A stretch of DNA of 64,000 bases, from assembly GCA_963593015.1 (NCBI GenBank), contig CAVAYV010000077.1, positions 4,351 through 68,350 of the forward strand. The letters run 5' to 3'. The stretch comes from a bacterium. GTDB lineage: Bacteria > Bacillota_I > Bacilli_A > RFN20 > CAG-826. Positions within the stretch are counted from its first letter, which is position 1; each line of letters starts with the position of its first letter. Below the pieces are notes generated by a model, which was not told the origin of the DNA, searched no databases, and saw only the letters and a program-made list of their open reading frames with translations. Shown one piece after another: positions 52,981 to 63,122 of this stretch. The position numbers and the translations under genes were made by a program.

Positions 52981-54714
52981 ATGAATAGAACCAATTATAA
53001 TGGGGAACTTCGTTTAAAAGACGTCGATAAAGAAGTGGAATTGGTCGGTTGGGTGGCCAACCGCAGAAATTTAGGCGCTATCGAATTTATTGATTTGCGC
53101 GATAACACTGGCATCGTTCAATTGACCATCACTGATTCTAGCAAAGTCCCTGACGTTCGCAATGAATATGTGATTCATGTCAAAGGCAAAGTCCAAAAGA
53201 AAGACAACCCGAACCCAAAATTAGCAACTGGCGAAATCGAGGTCCTCGTCAGCGAATTGGATGTCATCAACATTGCCGAGAACCCGCCTTTTATCATCGC
53301 GGAAAAAACCGATGCTTTGGAAGATACTAGACTCCAATACCGTTATTTGGACATTCGTCGTCCAAATATTCTAAGAAACTTGAAGACCAGAGCGAAAGTC
53401 TGTGAAATCACTCGTGAATATTTCAATGCCAATCGTTTCTTGGAGGTCGAGACCCCAATTTTGAATTTGGCCACTCCCGAAGGGGCTAGAGATTACATCG
53501 TTCCATCTAGATTGCACCATGGGTCTTTCTATGCCTTGCCGCAATCTCCGCAGCTTTTTAAGCAGCTTTTAATGATTGGCGGCGTTGAAAGATATTACCA
53601 AATCGCCCGTTGCTTCCGCGATGAGGATTTAAGAGCGGACCGTCAACCGGAATTCACCCAAATCGACGTGGAGACCTCTTTCTTAAACCAAGACGAGATT
53701 CTTTCTTTGGCTGAAGGCTTCTTGGCAAAATTATTCAAAGAAGTGGTGAATTATGACGTCAAACTTCCTTTAAGAAGAATGAATTACTGGGATGCCATGG
53801 ATAATTACGGCTCCGATAAACCAGACACAAGATATGGCATTTTGCTCCATGATATCAAAGACATTATGGAGAAGAGCGAATTCGCCTCTTTCAAAAATCA
53901 AAATTACATCAAGGCAATCGTTATCCCAGGATACGCGGAAAAAGGAACGAGAAAAGTCCTGGACGCTTTGCAGTTAGAAGCCAAAAAATTCAATCTGAAA
54001 GGCGTGATGGCTTTGAAATTCGTCAATAATGAACTTGAAGGGTCTTTCACTAAATTCCTGAATGACGATCAAAAGAAGGCTTTGATTGGGAAATTGGATC
54101 TCAAAAATGATGACTACATTCTTTTTGCTTCAAGCGATTACCGCCGGGACATTGATTTCGGCTTAGGCGCTTTGAGAACCCGTTTTGCCAAAGAATTGGG
54201 ACTTATCCAGCCTGGTACATATGATTTACTTTGGGTCGTCAATTTCCCAATGTTTGACAAAATCGAAGGAACTGAGAATTCTTATACCGCCGAACATCAC
54301 CCATTCACCCGCCCTCGCGATGAGGATTTGAAATATCTTGACACCGATCCGGAGAAGATTCTTGCCTATGCTTATGACATTATTATCAATGGCTATGAAG
54401 CTGGCGGCGGAACTTTGCGCATCTATGATCACGATACGCAATGGAAGATCTTCTCAATCTTAGGACTGAGGGAAGAAGACATCGCTCGTAAATTCGGCTG
54501 GTTTATCGATGCCTTCAAGTATGGCGTTCCTCCCCATGGCGGTTTGGCTTTTGGGTTAGAGCGCTTATGTATGATTCTTTGCGGAACCGACAATATCAGA
54601 GACGTTATTGCCTTCCCAAAGAACTTACAAGCCGTAGACCCAATGTCAAAAGCCCCAGGACAAGTTTCCAAACAAGCTTTAGACGATGTTGGAATCGAAA
54701 TTAAAAAAGAGTAG
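52981..54714 (+). CDS. aspS: aspartate--tRNA ligase
   Basis: OB-fold N-terminus, FRDEDLRADRQPEFTQID (motif 2), GGLAFGLERL (motif 3). Confidence 0.96.
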   Translation: MNRTNYNGELRLKDVDKEVELVGWVANRRNLGAIEFIDLRDNTGIVQLTITDSSKVPDVRNEYVIHVKGKVQKKDNPNPKLATGEIEVLVSELDVINIAENPPFIIAEKTDALEDTRLQYRYLDIRRPNILRNLKTRAKVCEITREYFNANRFLEVETPILNLATPEGARDYIVPSRLHHGSFYALPQSPQLFKQLLMIGGVERYYQIARCFRDEDLRADRQPEFTQIDVETSFLNQDEILSLAEGFLAKLFKEVVNYDVKLPLRRMNYWDAMDNYGSDKPDTRYGILLHDIKDIMEKSEFASFKNQNYIKAIVIPGYAEKGTRKVLDALQLEAKKFNLKGVMALKFVNNELEGSFTKFLNDDQKKALIGKLDLKNDDYILFASSDYRRDIDFGLGALRTRFAKELGLIQPGTYDLLWVVNFPMFDKIEGTENSYTAEHHPFTRPRDEDLKYLDTDPEKILAYAYDIIINGYEAGGGTLRIYDHDTQWKIFSILGLREEDIARKFGWFIDAFKYGVPPHGGLAFGLERLCMILCGTDNIRDVIAFPKNLQAVDPMSKAPGQVSKQALDDVGIEIKKE

Positions 54715-54781
54715 CACATTATATATTTTATATATAATGAAATTACTAATAAAAAACTAATAAAATACTAAGGAGTGTATT

Positions 54782-56758
54782 ATGGCCTATCCAAAAACTT
54801 ATGATGCGATCGATGCTTTGGCAGTGAAATCCTTAAGGGCATTGCTTTTGGATACCATCAATAAAGCCAATAGCGGACACCCTGGTATGGCACTTGACAT
54901 CGCGCCGACGATGTACGTGCTTTATCGTGATTATCTGACCAATCTTCCGAATAAGGATTATTTTGATAGAGATAGATTCATTCTCTCTAGCGGTCATAAT
55001 AGCGCGCTTTTATATTCTCTGCTTCATTTAGCGGGCTTTGATGTCACTTTGGATGACTTAAGGAACTTCCGGCAGCTAGATTCCAGAACGCCAGGTCACC
55101 CGGAATACGGGGTAACCTCTGGCGTTGAAGCGACCGCAGGCCCTTTGGGACAAGGAATAGGGCAAGCCGTGGGTTTCGCTCTTGCCAATGAAGCCATTGG
55201 TGCCCAATACAAAGAAGGCAAAAGACTTTCTAACCATTATACTTTCGTGTTATGCGGCGATGGTTGCCTGGAGGAAGGAATTTCTCAAGAAGCCATAAGT
55301 TTTGCTGGTTTACAGAAATTCGAGAAACTGATTTTGATATATGATCAAAATTTAGCGACTTTGGATGGGCCTACCTCAATATCAATGGTCGAAGATACAA
55401 GAAAACGCTTCGAAGCAAGCGGCTGGAGAACTTTGGAAGTAAAAGATGGAGAATCCCTTGAAGAGATTTCAAAAGCCCTTAAAAAAGCCAAGAAAAGCGA
55501 TGGCAGGCCAACTATGATTCTTGTTCACACTGAAATCGGCTATGGCTCGCCTTTGCAAGGATCCCACAAATGCCATGGCTCGCCCTTAAACGAGGCTGAT
55601 ACTTTGAAGACAAAGGAATTCCTCGGATGCGTGAATGAGCCTTTCCAAATCGATGAAAGAGTTTATAAACGTTTCGAAGAGACTTTTATCTATCGTGGCA
55701 AAAAGGCCTATAACAAATATCGTAAGGATAACAAAGCCTATAAAGCATCTTACCCTGAAGAATATCAAAGATTCCTAAAAGCGCGAAAAGGAGATTTGAG
55801 CGAATACGTTCTTGAGATTCCAACTGATCTTAAAGAGAAGGATTCTTCAAGGAACGTAAGCGGAAAAATTATCGTCGCTCTCAATAAGAAAATCCCTTTC
55901 TTGATGGGGGGAAGCGCCGATGTGGCGGCATCGGTGAAAACATCAATCGGAGATGACCCAGGCTTTTCTAGCCTTCATCGTGAAGGCAGAAACATCAATT
56001 TCGGCATTCGCGAGTTTGGGATGGCTTGCATTCAAAATGGCGCTCTGCTCCATGGTGGTCTTCGCACATATGTCGGCTCTTTCTTCGTTTTTGCCGATTA
56101 TATGCGCTCGGCGATTAGGATGTCTTCTTTGGAAAAAGTGCCCGCGATTTATCTGCTTAGCCATGATTCGCTTGCCGTTGGAGAGGATGGCCCAACCCAC
56201 GAACCGATTGAGCAATTGGAGTCTTTGCGCGCTCAGCCGAATCTGAATGTCATTCGTCCCGCTGACGCCAGAGAAACTTACGCAGCGTGGAACATAGCCT
56301 TAAAAAGCTTAGACACCCCAACTTGCATCATCCTTTCCCGCCAGGATCTCCCTTTGCTTTCCTCTTCCAGCGAAGAAGGGGTCAATAATGGCGCCTATTT
56401 GGTCTATTCTAATGACAAACCGGAATTGGAAGTACTCTCTAGCGGCTCGGAAGTTGGATTGGCCATTTCTGCCGCTTTGCTTTTGAAGGAAGAAGGCATC
56501 AGCATTAACGTGATCAGCGTCCCCTCCTTTGAGTTATTCGAAAAAGCAAAAGAAAGCTATAAGAAAAAACTGTTCTCGCTGCCACGCGCTAAACGCGTCG
56601 GTATCGAAATGGGGAGCGGAACAAGTTTCTACAAATATTGCGATAATGTCTATGGCATGCATAGCTTTGGGGCTTCGGGAAAGGCTGATGCGGTTTTGGC
56701 GAAGTTCGGCTTTACGAAGAATTCCGTTGCAACTTATTTGAAATCCTTATTAAAATAA
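54782..56758 (+). CDS. tkt: transketolase
   Basis: SGHPGMALD, GDGCLEEGIS (ThDP motif), GEDGPTHEPIEQL. Confidence 0.95.
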   Translation: MAYPKTYDAIDALAVKSLRALLLDTINKANSGHPGMALDIAPTMYVLYRDYLTNLPNKDYFDRDRFILSSGHNSALLYSLLHLAGFDVTLDDLRNFRQLDSRTPGHPEYGVTSGVEATAGPLGQGIGQAVGFALANEAIGAQYKEGKRLSNHYTFVLCGDGCLEEGISQEAISFAGLQKFEKLILIYDQNLATLDGPTSISMVEDTRKRFEASGWRTLEVKDGESLEEISKALKKAKKSDGRPTMILVHTEIGYGSPLQGSHKCHGSPLNEADTLKTKEFLGCVNEPFQIDERVYKRFEETFIYRGKKAYNKYRKDNKAYKASYPEEYQRFLKARKGDLSEYVLEIPTDLKEKDSSRNVSGKIIVALNKKIPFLMGGSADVAASVKTSIGDDPGFSSLHREGRNINFGIREFGMACIQNGALLHGGLRTYVGSFFVFADYMRSAIRMSSLEKVPAIYLLSHDSLAVGEDGPTHEPIEQLESLRAQPNLNVIRPADARETYAAWNIALKSLDTPTCIILSRQDLPLLSSSSEEGVNNGAYLVYSNDKPELEVLSSGSEVGLAISAALLLKEEGISINVISVPSFELFEKAKESYKKKLFSLPRAKRVGIEMGSGTSFYKYCDNVYGMHSFGASGKADAVLAKFGFTKNSVATYLKSLLK

Positions 56759-56762
56759 AATT

Positions 56763-57113
56763 ATGAGATCTGGATACGTTGAAATTAATAATTACAAAAA
56801 ATTGGGCGATATGGGCATCTCGCATCATGTTTTTGAGCATGTCGTCACCGCTGCCTGCAATCAAGTGAATGGAGTCGCTGGCTTAGGCAATAGCAAAAAG
56901 AAGAAAAATTCCGCGATTGAGCTATTTAGACCTGTGCACGCCACGATCAAAAAGAATGGCAAAGTCGAAATTCGCTTGGATGTTATCCTTCAAAAAGGCG
57001 TTGATGTCAAAAAAGTCTGCCAATCAATCGAAGACAATGTGACCAATTCCCTTCAAATGATGTGTGAGACGGTCCCCTTCAGCATTGAGATCAATGTCCG
57101 AGGAATCGCTTAA
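56763..57113 (+). CDS. Asp23/Gls24-family protein (YqhY-like)
   Basis: 116 aa with the V..V...A...V.GV pattern. Its position before nusB matches Bacillus yqhY. Confidence 0.65.
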   Translation: MRSGYVEINNYKKLGDMGISHHVFEHVVTAACNQVNGVAGLGNSKKKKNSAIELFRPVHATIKKNGKVEIRLDVILQKGVDVKKVCQSIEDNVTNSLQMMCETVPFSIEINVRGIA

Positions 57114-57127
57114 GATAAGTAAGAATG

Positions 57128-57152
57128 ACCGCGAAAGCGGTTTTTCTTTTTT
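57128..57152 (+). terminator. terminator after asp23-like gene
   Basis: ACCGC-GAAA-GCGGT tetraloop hairpin followed by TTTTTCTTTTTT. Confidence 0.8.
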
Positions 57153-57227
57153 GGTGATTTTGATTTCTATTCTCTTCTCTATGAAATATGCTAGAATACC
57201 GAAGTTAAAAAAGGAAACAATTGTTCT

Positions 57228-57656
57228 ATGGCTGAAATAAACGAACCTTCACGTAATCGACAACAAATCATGGCGATGGACGCCTTGTATGATGTTTTGA
57301 CTTATATGCAAATGAATGAGGATGTCGACGTCGAAGCGATCATCAGCGGTCTTTCGGATTTGCCATATGAAGATTCCCCGATTTATGTCAAATCGATAGT
57401 TTTGGCAATGATTAGGCATTATAAAGAAGAAGTTGAACTTCTTGAAGCGAACATGATCAAATGGAAATTTTCGCGTTTGAACCGTGTCGAGCAAGCTATT
57501 TTGCTTCTTTCTCTTTCTCATTTCTTTTACGTTGATCCAGAAATCGACAAAGGAATCGTCATCAATGTGGCCGTTAATTTGGCAAAGAATTATTTAGACG
57601 GGAAAGACTATAAATTCGTCAATGCGATTTTGGATAAGGTATTAGTTCGTGAATAG
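57228..57656 (+). CDS. nusB: transcription antitermination factor NusB
   Basis: 142-aa helical protein with an N-terminal R..A..ALY pattern. Synteny asp23-nusB-xseA. The extended -10 TGCTAGAAT lies upstream. Confidence 0.75.
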   Translation: MAEINEPSRNRQQIMAMDALYDVLTYMQMNEDVDVEAIISGLSDLPYEDSPIYVKSIVLAMIRHYKEEVELLEANMIKWKFSRLNRVEQAILLLSLSHFFYVDPEIDKGIVINVAVNLAKNYLDGKDYKFVNAILDKVLVRE

Positions 57657-58857
57657 CGAAAAGAATTATTTAACAGTTTCCGAATTCAATAAGATCGTCA
57701 AAGATAGCTTGGAATCTACTTTTCCTTATGCTTTGAGAGTAAGAGGAGAAATTTCTTCTTTCAAAGTCTACCCTACCGCAATCTATTTTGATATCAAAGA
57801 CGACAAAAGCGTTTTAAGCTGCACCATGTGGGCATCAAGCTTCGGAAATCTTTCTTTTAAACCGAAAATTGGCGATTTGGTCGACTTGGAAGGAAAAATA
57901 AATGTTTACCAAGCGAGGGGACGCTACACATTTGTCGCCTATAGGATGAGTCCTTCAGGCTTAGGCGATGCCTTACTTAGGTTCGAGGAACTGAAAAAGA
58001 AACTCCAAAAAGAAGGTCTTTTCGATGAATCGAGAAAACGTCCGATTGCCCCCTTCCCGAAAAAGATAGGAATCATTAGTGCCAAAGACAGTGCCGCCTT
58101 GGCGGATTTGATTAAAAACATAAATGCAAGATACCCATTATGTGAGATATTGTTTTTTCCAAGCTTAGTCCAAGGCAATGAAGCAAGCAAATCCTTGATA
58201 AAGGCATTTCGAAAATCCCAAGAATACGATTTAGACACCTTGATCATTGCTAGAGGCGGCGGATCAAACGAGGATCTTAGCGCTTTCAATGATGAAATCT
58301 TAGTAAGAGAAATGGCTAATAGCAAAATGCCATTTATAAGTGCGGTTGGCCATGAGATAGATTATACCTTGATTGACTATGTTTCGGATCTGAGGGTCTC
58401 CACTCCAACAGGCGCCGCAGTTGCAGCGACCCCGAATATTGATGACATTATGATTTCGTTGTCAGATATGTCTGCTAGGATTACCAAGTCCTTAAATTCT
58501 AAAATCTCTGTCCTTGAAAGAAATTTCGAGCTAATAGCAAAACGTTCGTTTTTCTCGCATCCTGAGGATTTGTATAAAAACATAGAAGAGAAAATAAAAA
58601 ACAGCAAAGAAAGGCTAAATAATTCAATGAAGTTTTTCTTGGATAAAACCGGAAAAGAAGTGGAATCGAATTCGAAACATTTAGAGGCGATAAGCCCGAA
58701 AGCGGTTCTCGCTAGGGGATATTCTCTTGCCATGAATGAAAACGGAAAAATTATACGTTCTAAAAAAGATCTAGCGGTCGGAAGTAAATTTAAAACTTAT
58801 CTGAAAGATGGTATAATCATTTCCAAAGTTGAGGGGATAAAAGATGGAAAAGAATAA
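57649..58857 (+). CDS. xseA: exodeoxyribonuclease VII large subunit
   Basis: OB-fold N-terminus (VRGEISSFKVYPTAIYFDIKD), IIARGGGS and GHEIDYTL motifs. Confidence 0.93.
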   Translation: MNSEKNYLTVSEFNKIVKDSLESTFPYALRVRGEISSFKVYPTAIYFDIKDDKSVLSCTMWASSFGNLSFKPKIGDLVDLEGKINVYQARGRYTFVAYRMSPSGLGDALLRFEELKKKLQKEGLFDESRKRPIAPFPKKIGIISAKDSAALADLIKNINARYPLCEILFFPSLVQGNEASKSLIKAFRKSQEYDLDTLIIARGGGSNEDLSAFNDEILVREMANSKMPFISAVGHEIDYTLIDYVSDLRVSTPTGAAVAATPNIDDIMISLSDMSARITKSLNSKISVLERNFELIAKRSFFSHPEDLYKNIEEKIKNSKERLNNSMKFFLDKTGKEVESNSKHLEAISPKAVLARGYSLAMNENGKIIRSKKDLAVGSKFKTYLKDGIIISKVEGIKDGKE

Positions 58858-59044
58858 AGATACTTCTTTTAGCGAAAAACTCACGCGTTTAGAGGAGATA
58901 GTGAAAGACATAGAGAACGGAGATTGCTCTTTGGAGGATTCTTTGAAACTCTATGAAGAGGGAAATAAATTGATCAAAGAGATGTCACTTACTTTGGAAG
59001 AAGCGAAAAAGAAAGTGAAAGAATATCAGACAATCGAAGAATAA
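58844..59044 (+). CDS. xseB: exodeoxyribonuclease VII small subunit
   Basis: 66 aa, FSEKLTRLEEIV..LE.G..SLEDSLKLYEEG pattern. Overlaps xseA. Confidence 0.9.
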   Translation: MEKNKDTSFSEKLTRLEEIVKDIENGDCSLEDSLKLYEEGNKLIKEMSLTLEEAKKKVKEYQTIEE

Positions 59045-59080
59045 ATAGTAAATAATTAGTAGATATTTAGTTGTTTCACA

Positions 59081-60955
59081 ATGAGTAAAAATGTAGATAG
59101 AATCGAACTTAATAAGATAAATGATCCAAATATTGTAAAAACCTTGTCTTATGAGCAATTAAAGCTTCTTTGCGAAGATATAAGACATGAGATAATCTTA
59201 GAAACATCTATTTATGGCGGGCATTTATCGAGCAACCTTGGAGTTGTCGAATTGACGGTGGCGCTGCACCGCGTTTTCGTTTCCCCAAATGATAAAATCA
59301 TTTTCGATGTTGGCCATCAATGCTACACAAATAAGATTTTGACCGGACGCTCTCTAAGCCATCTAAACGAAAAAGGATATACCAACGGTTTTCAAAACCG
59401 GAGCGAATCACCTTTCGATGTTTATGAAGCCGGGCATAGCTCGACTTCCTTAAGCGCCGCGGAAGGTTTTGCCATCGCTCGCGATCTGAAACATGAGAAT
59501 TACGATGTGGTTGCCGTCATCGGCGACGCCTCCATTGTCAATGGCCTTGCTTTTGAAGCCTTGAATGACATCGGCTCCAGAAAGCATAAAGTGATCATTG
59601 TTTTAAATGATAACGAAATGAGCATTTCATCCCCTACTGGCGCTTTGGGGAAGATGTTTAGAAAGATTTCTTTCGGAAAGTTCTATAACGATTTCAAAAG
59701 GAATTTCAAAAAACAAATACTGACAAAGCACGGCTTTAAAAAGAAAATGGGCGATTTAGCTGGGTTCATCAAAGATAAATTCAGAAGTATCCTTGTCCCA
59801 AACACGATTTTCGACAATATGGGATTCCGTTACATCGGACCGGTTGACGGACATAACATCAAAGCGCTTGAAAAAGCTTTTAAAGAAGCCAAAAACACCG
59901 ATAGGTCCGTGGTTATTCATGTTAGAACAATCAAAGGAAAAGGGTACGAATTCGCTGAAAACGATAAGCTTGGATACTGGCATGGCGTCACCCCGTTTGA
60001 TATTTCCACCGGCAGACCTTTGAAAAACAATGGAGAACTCAATACATGGAGCCATCATATGGGTGATTTGACTCATCATGAGATGGGGGTTCATTCCGAG
60101 GCACATCTGATCGTTCCTGCGATGGTAAGAGGATCGGGGCTAGAAGCTATTTTCGATGATTTTCCTCAAAGAGCGATGGACGTTGGCATTGCTGAGGAGC
60201 ATGCTCTCACGTTAGCGGGCGCGATGTCTCTTTCTGGCATTCATCCTATCGTGACCATTTATTCCACGTTTTTGCAAAGAGCGTATGATGAATTGCTTCA
60301 TGACTGCGCAAGAATGAATACCGATATGACCTTACTCATCGATAGAGCTGGTTTAGTCGGCAAAAACGGCGCCACTCACCAAGGGCTTTACGATGAAAGC
60401 TTTTTGAAAAGCATCCCTAACGTCATTTTGGCGATGCCTTCGACTCTTGCTTCCGCGAAAAGCGTTTTGGATGAGTCTTTCGTAAAAGGACATGGTGTTT
60501 TTGGCATCCGTTACCCTCATTCTTTGATGAGCATAGAACAACAAAATTATATAGAAAAAGAAAAACTTAATTTTGGCGAGCCAATAATCAGAAAAGAGAC
60601 GAAACAGTTTGGAGTCAACGTCGTTGCCGTAGGTCCTCTTGGCTTTGATCTATTCCAAAAAACCAAGGATTTGGATATCGGATTTATCGACCCTTTGTAT
60701 TTGAATCCTGTATCCGATACTTTGGTTGAATCTTTGTTAAAGTCGAAGCATATAGTTATTTATGATCCATACGGGTCAAAGAACGGTTTTGCCGAATCGC
60801 TTGTCGCCAAAATAATGGAAAAAGGATATTTGGGTAAAATAAGCGTTTTGGCTGTCGGGGTGGAATTTGTCGAACACGCCTCAAATGAAGAGCAGCTTAA
60901 AATGTTCCACTTGGATCTTGATGAAGTCATATCTTTCATCAAAGACATTCTTTAG
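59081..60955 (+). CDS. dxs: 1-deoxy-D-xylulose-5-phosphate synthase
   Basis: GGHLSSNLGVVELTVALH, DVGHQCYTNKILTGR, GHSSTSLSAAEG, VIGDASIVNGLAFEALN, IAEEHA. Confidence 0.9.
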   Translation: MSKNVDRIELNKINDPNIVKTLSYEQLKLLCEDIRHEIILETSIYGGHLSSNLGVVELTVALHRVFVSPNDKIIFDVGHQCYTNKILTGRSLSHLNEKGYTNGFQNRSESPFDVYEAGHSSTSLSAAEGFAIARDLKHENYDVVAVIGDASIVNGLAFEALNDIGSRKHKVIIVLNDNEMSISSPTGALGKMFRKISFGKFYNDFKRNFKKQILTKHGFKKKMGDLAGFIKDKFRSILVPNTIFDNMGFRYIGPVDGHNIKALEKAFKEAKNTDRSVVIHVRTIKGKGYEFAENDKLGYWHGVTPFDISTGRPLKNNGELNTWSHHMGDLTHHEMGVHSEAHLIVPAMVRGSGLEAIFDDFPQRAMDVGIAEEHALTLAGAMSLSGIHPIVTIYSTFLQRAYDELLHDCARMNTDMTLLIDRAGLVGKNGATHQGLYDESFLKSIPNVILAMPSTLASAKSVLDESFVKGHGVFGIRYPHSLMSIEQQNYIEKEKLNFGEPIIRKETKQFGVNVVAVGPLGFDLFQKTKDLDIGFIDPLYLNPVSDTLVESLLKSKHIVIYDPYGSKNGFAESLVAKIMEKGYLGKISVLAVGVEFVEHASNEEQLKMFHLDLDEVISFIKDIL

Positions 60956-60997
60956 CAATTACTTAACATAACCTAATTTTCGAAATAAAATATCCTT

Positions 60998-62173
60998 ATG
61001 TCGAAAATAATCGCTCACATTGATTTAAATGCTTTCTTTGCCACCGCGGAAGAAGCCCGAAACCCTTCTTTGAAAAATAAGCCGATCATTGTCGGCCATC
61101 CTGGAAGAAGAGGTGTAGTGAGCACCGCTAATTACGAGGCTAGAAAATACGGCGTTCACTCAGGAATGCCGACTTTCGAAGCTTTGTCTTTGTGCCCATC
61201 TTTAGTAATAGTTCCTTGCGATTTTGACTATTACGAAATGCTTTCAAATAGCTTTTTCACCTTTTTGAAACGAATCACTCCTTTGGTGGAACAAGCTTCC
61301 ATTGACGAAGGATACTTGGATTTGACAGAGATTTTGTCAAAAGAGAAAGAACCGCTTAAATACCTTTTAGATCTTCAAAATGAATTATACCGGGAATTGG
61401 ATCTAAAATGTTCAATTGGGGTGGCTCCGACTAAATTTCTCGCGAAAATGGCTTCGGATATGAAAAAGCCCATGGGGATCACAATTCTAAGGAAGAAAGA
61501 CTTAGAATCTGTTTTATATCCTTTGCCGATCGATGATTTCTTCGGGATTGGCAAAAAGACCTCCCCATATCTTAAAAAGATTGGCATTCTGACCATCGGC
61601 GATTTAAAAAAGGCCATCGATAAAAATGAGAATGAAATCCGCAATATTTTCGGGAAATCATTCAATTACATCAATGATTCGGTGAATGGAAGAGGATCTG
61701 ATGAGGTTGTTCCTATCCGAAATGATCCTAAAAGCATTGGAAGAAGCGAGACTTTCCCTTCCGATACGAATGATTTCGAAGAGATTTCTTATAAAATCTC
61801 CGAATTAGCCAGAGAAGTGACTAGCGCAGCGAAAAGAGAGGGCAAGAAAGGAAAAACGGTTTCTTTGGTAGTCAAAGACACGAATTTTCAAAGCCATGAC
61901 AAAAGCGTCTCTTTTTCGATTGCTACCTTTGATTTCGATGACATCTATGACAAAGCAATCGAACTATATGAGAAGAATTTCTTAGGAATGGTAATCCGTC
62001 TTGTTGGGGTCACTCTTTCTAATCTAATCAACCCAAAAGACGAAATTGTCCAGATGTCTTTTTGGAATTATTCTAGTTTTGAGGAAATGGACAAAACAAA
62101 ACTATTGATCAATGAATTCAATCGGCAAATGAAAAAAGATGTCCTTTTTAAAGCCAAGGAGCTCAAAAAATGA
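60998..62173 (+). CDS. dinB: DNA polymerase IV (Y-family)
   Basis: IAHIDLNAFFATAE, SIDEGYLD, and FLAKMASDMKKP with the HhH GIGKKT. Confidence 0.93.
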   Translation: MSKIIAHIDLNAFFATAEEARNPSLKNKPIIVGHPGRRGVVSTANYEARKYGVHSGMPTFEALSLCPSLVIVPCDFDYYEMLSNSFFTFLKRITPLVEQASIDEGYLDLTEILSKEKEPLKYLLDLQNELYRELDLKCSIGVAPTKFLAKMASDMKKPMGITILRKKDLESVLYPLPIDDFFGIGKKTSPYLKKIGILTIGDLKKAIDKNENEIRNIFGKSFNYINDSVNGRGSDEVVPIRNDPKSIGRSETFPSDTNDFEEISYKISELAREVTSAAKREGKKGKTVSLVVKDTNFQSHDKSVSFSIATFDFDDIYDKAIELYEKNFLGMVIRLVGVTLSNLINPKDEIVQMSFWNYSSFEEMDKTKLLINEFNRQMKKDVLFKAKELKK

Positions 62174-63060
62174 AACTCGATGTCGCGGAAAAAGCTTTTT
62201 ATGATTATTTAAGGACGGAGAAATTCCTCTCCAATCAAAGCATTAAGAGCTATCAAGAGGATCTTAAAAAATTCCATAGTTATGATTTATTCAAGGAAAG
62301 AAAGAATGTTGAGGATTTGCTAAGCAGCGATTTGACTGATTTTATGGCTCTTCAAGCCAAAGACGGACTTAGCGTCACGACGATTTTAAGAAGATTAAGC
62401 AGCACAAGAAGCTTTTTTCTGTTTTTGAATGAAAGCGGGTTTGCTTCAATCGAAGTTCCTTCTATCGACGCTCCGAAAAAACCAAAAAACATCCCTTATG
62501 TCATAAGCGAAGAAAAGGTTGAAGCCTTATTAGATGCCCCTTCCTTATTGACTGACGCGGGAATCAGGGACAAAGCGATGCTTGAAGTCATGTATGCAAG
62601 CGGTCTTCGCGTCAGCGAGCTGATCAATCTGAAGATAAAAAACGTCAACACGATCAACCGGTTTCTTTTGATTGACGGCAAAGGTGATAAACAAAGAAGC
62701 GTTCCGATTTCAACTTTCGCTTTGAAATATCTCGAAAAATATCTCAATGGGCCGCGAAAAAGACTAAAAACTATCCACGATAAAGAATATCTTTTCTTAA
62801 ATAGGTCTGGAAAAAGACTCAGTCGCGTGTATTTCTTTGAACAAGTGAAAAAATACGCCAAACAGGTCAATATCGAAGAGCCCATTTCCCCACACACATT
62901 GCGGCATTGCTTCGCGACGCATTTATTGGAAAGAGGCGCGGATTTGCGCGTTGTGCAGGAATTGCTTGGCCATAGCAAAATATCGACGACGGAAATCTAT
63001 ACCTCGGTTTCTTCTCAAAGAATCATCAGCGCCTACGACCAATATTCCAAACATAAGTAG
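62170..63060 (+). CDS. xerD: XerC/XerD-type tyrosine recombinase
   Basis: N-terminal SAM-like domain and the catalytic box HTLRHCFATHLLERGADLRVVQELLGHSKISTTEIYT. ATGA overlap with dinB. No mobile-element context. Confidence 0.8.
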   Translation: MKLDVAEKAFYDYLRTEKFLSNQSIKSYQEDLKKFHSYDLFKERKNVEDLLSSDLTDFMALQAKDGLSVTTILRRLSSTRSFFLFLNESGFASIEVPSIDAPKKPKNIPYVISEEKVEALLDAPSLLTDAGIRDKAMLEVMYASGLRVSELINLKIKNVNTINRFLLIDGKGDKQRSVPISTFALKYLEKYLNGPRKRLKTIHDKEYLFLNRSGKRLSRVYFFEQVKKYAKQVNIEEPISPHTLRHCFATHLLERGADLRVVQELLGHSKISTTEIYTSVSSQRIISAYDQYSKHK

Positions 63061-63070
63061 TATAATATAG

Positions 63071-63104
63071 TTGACGATAAAAAATAGTTAGTATAATCTA
63101 ACTA
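63071..63104 (+). promoter_or_regulatory. deoB promoter with -10 box embedded in a perfect inverted repeat
   Basis: TTGACG (63071-63076), 15 nt, TATAAT (63092-63097). TAGTTAG (63085-63091) and CTAACTA (63098-63104) flank the -10 box. Confidence 0.55.
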
Positions 63105-63122
63105 GCTTTATTAGGAGCGATT

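Noticed and set aside
52505-52994. Cluster of overlapping ORFs on both strands at the hisS 3' end (52505..52951, 52578..52988, 52627..52836, 52788..52994).
   Set aside because: They are products of the His/Cys/Asp/Glu codon repeat (CAT/GAT/GAA-rich), which stays open in several frames. The hisS frame is contiguous with the enzyme.
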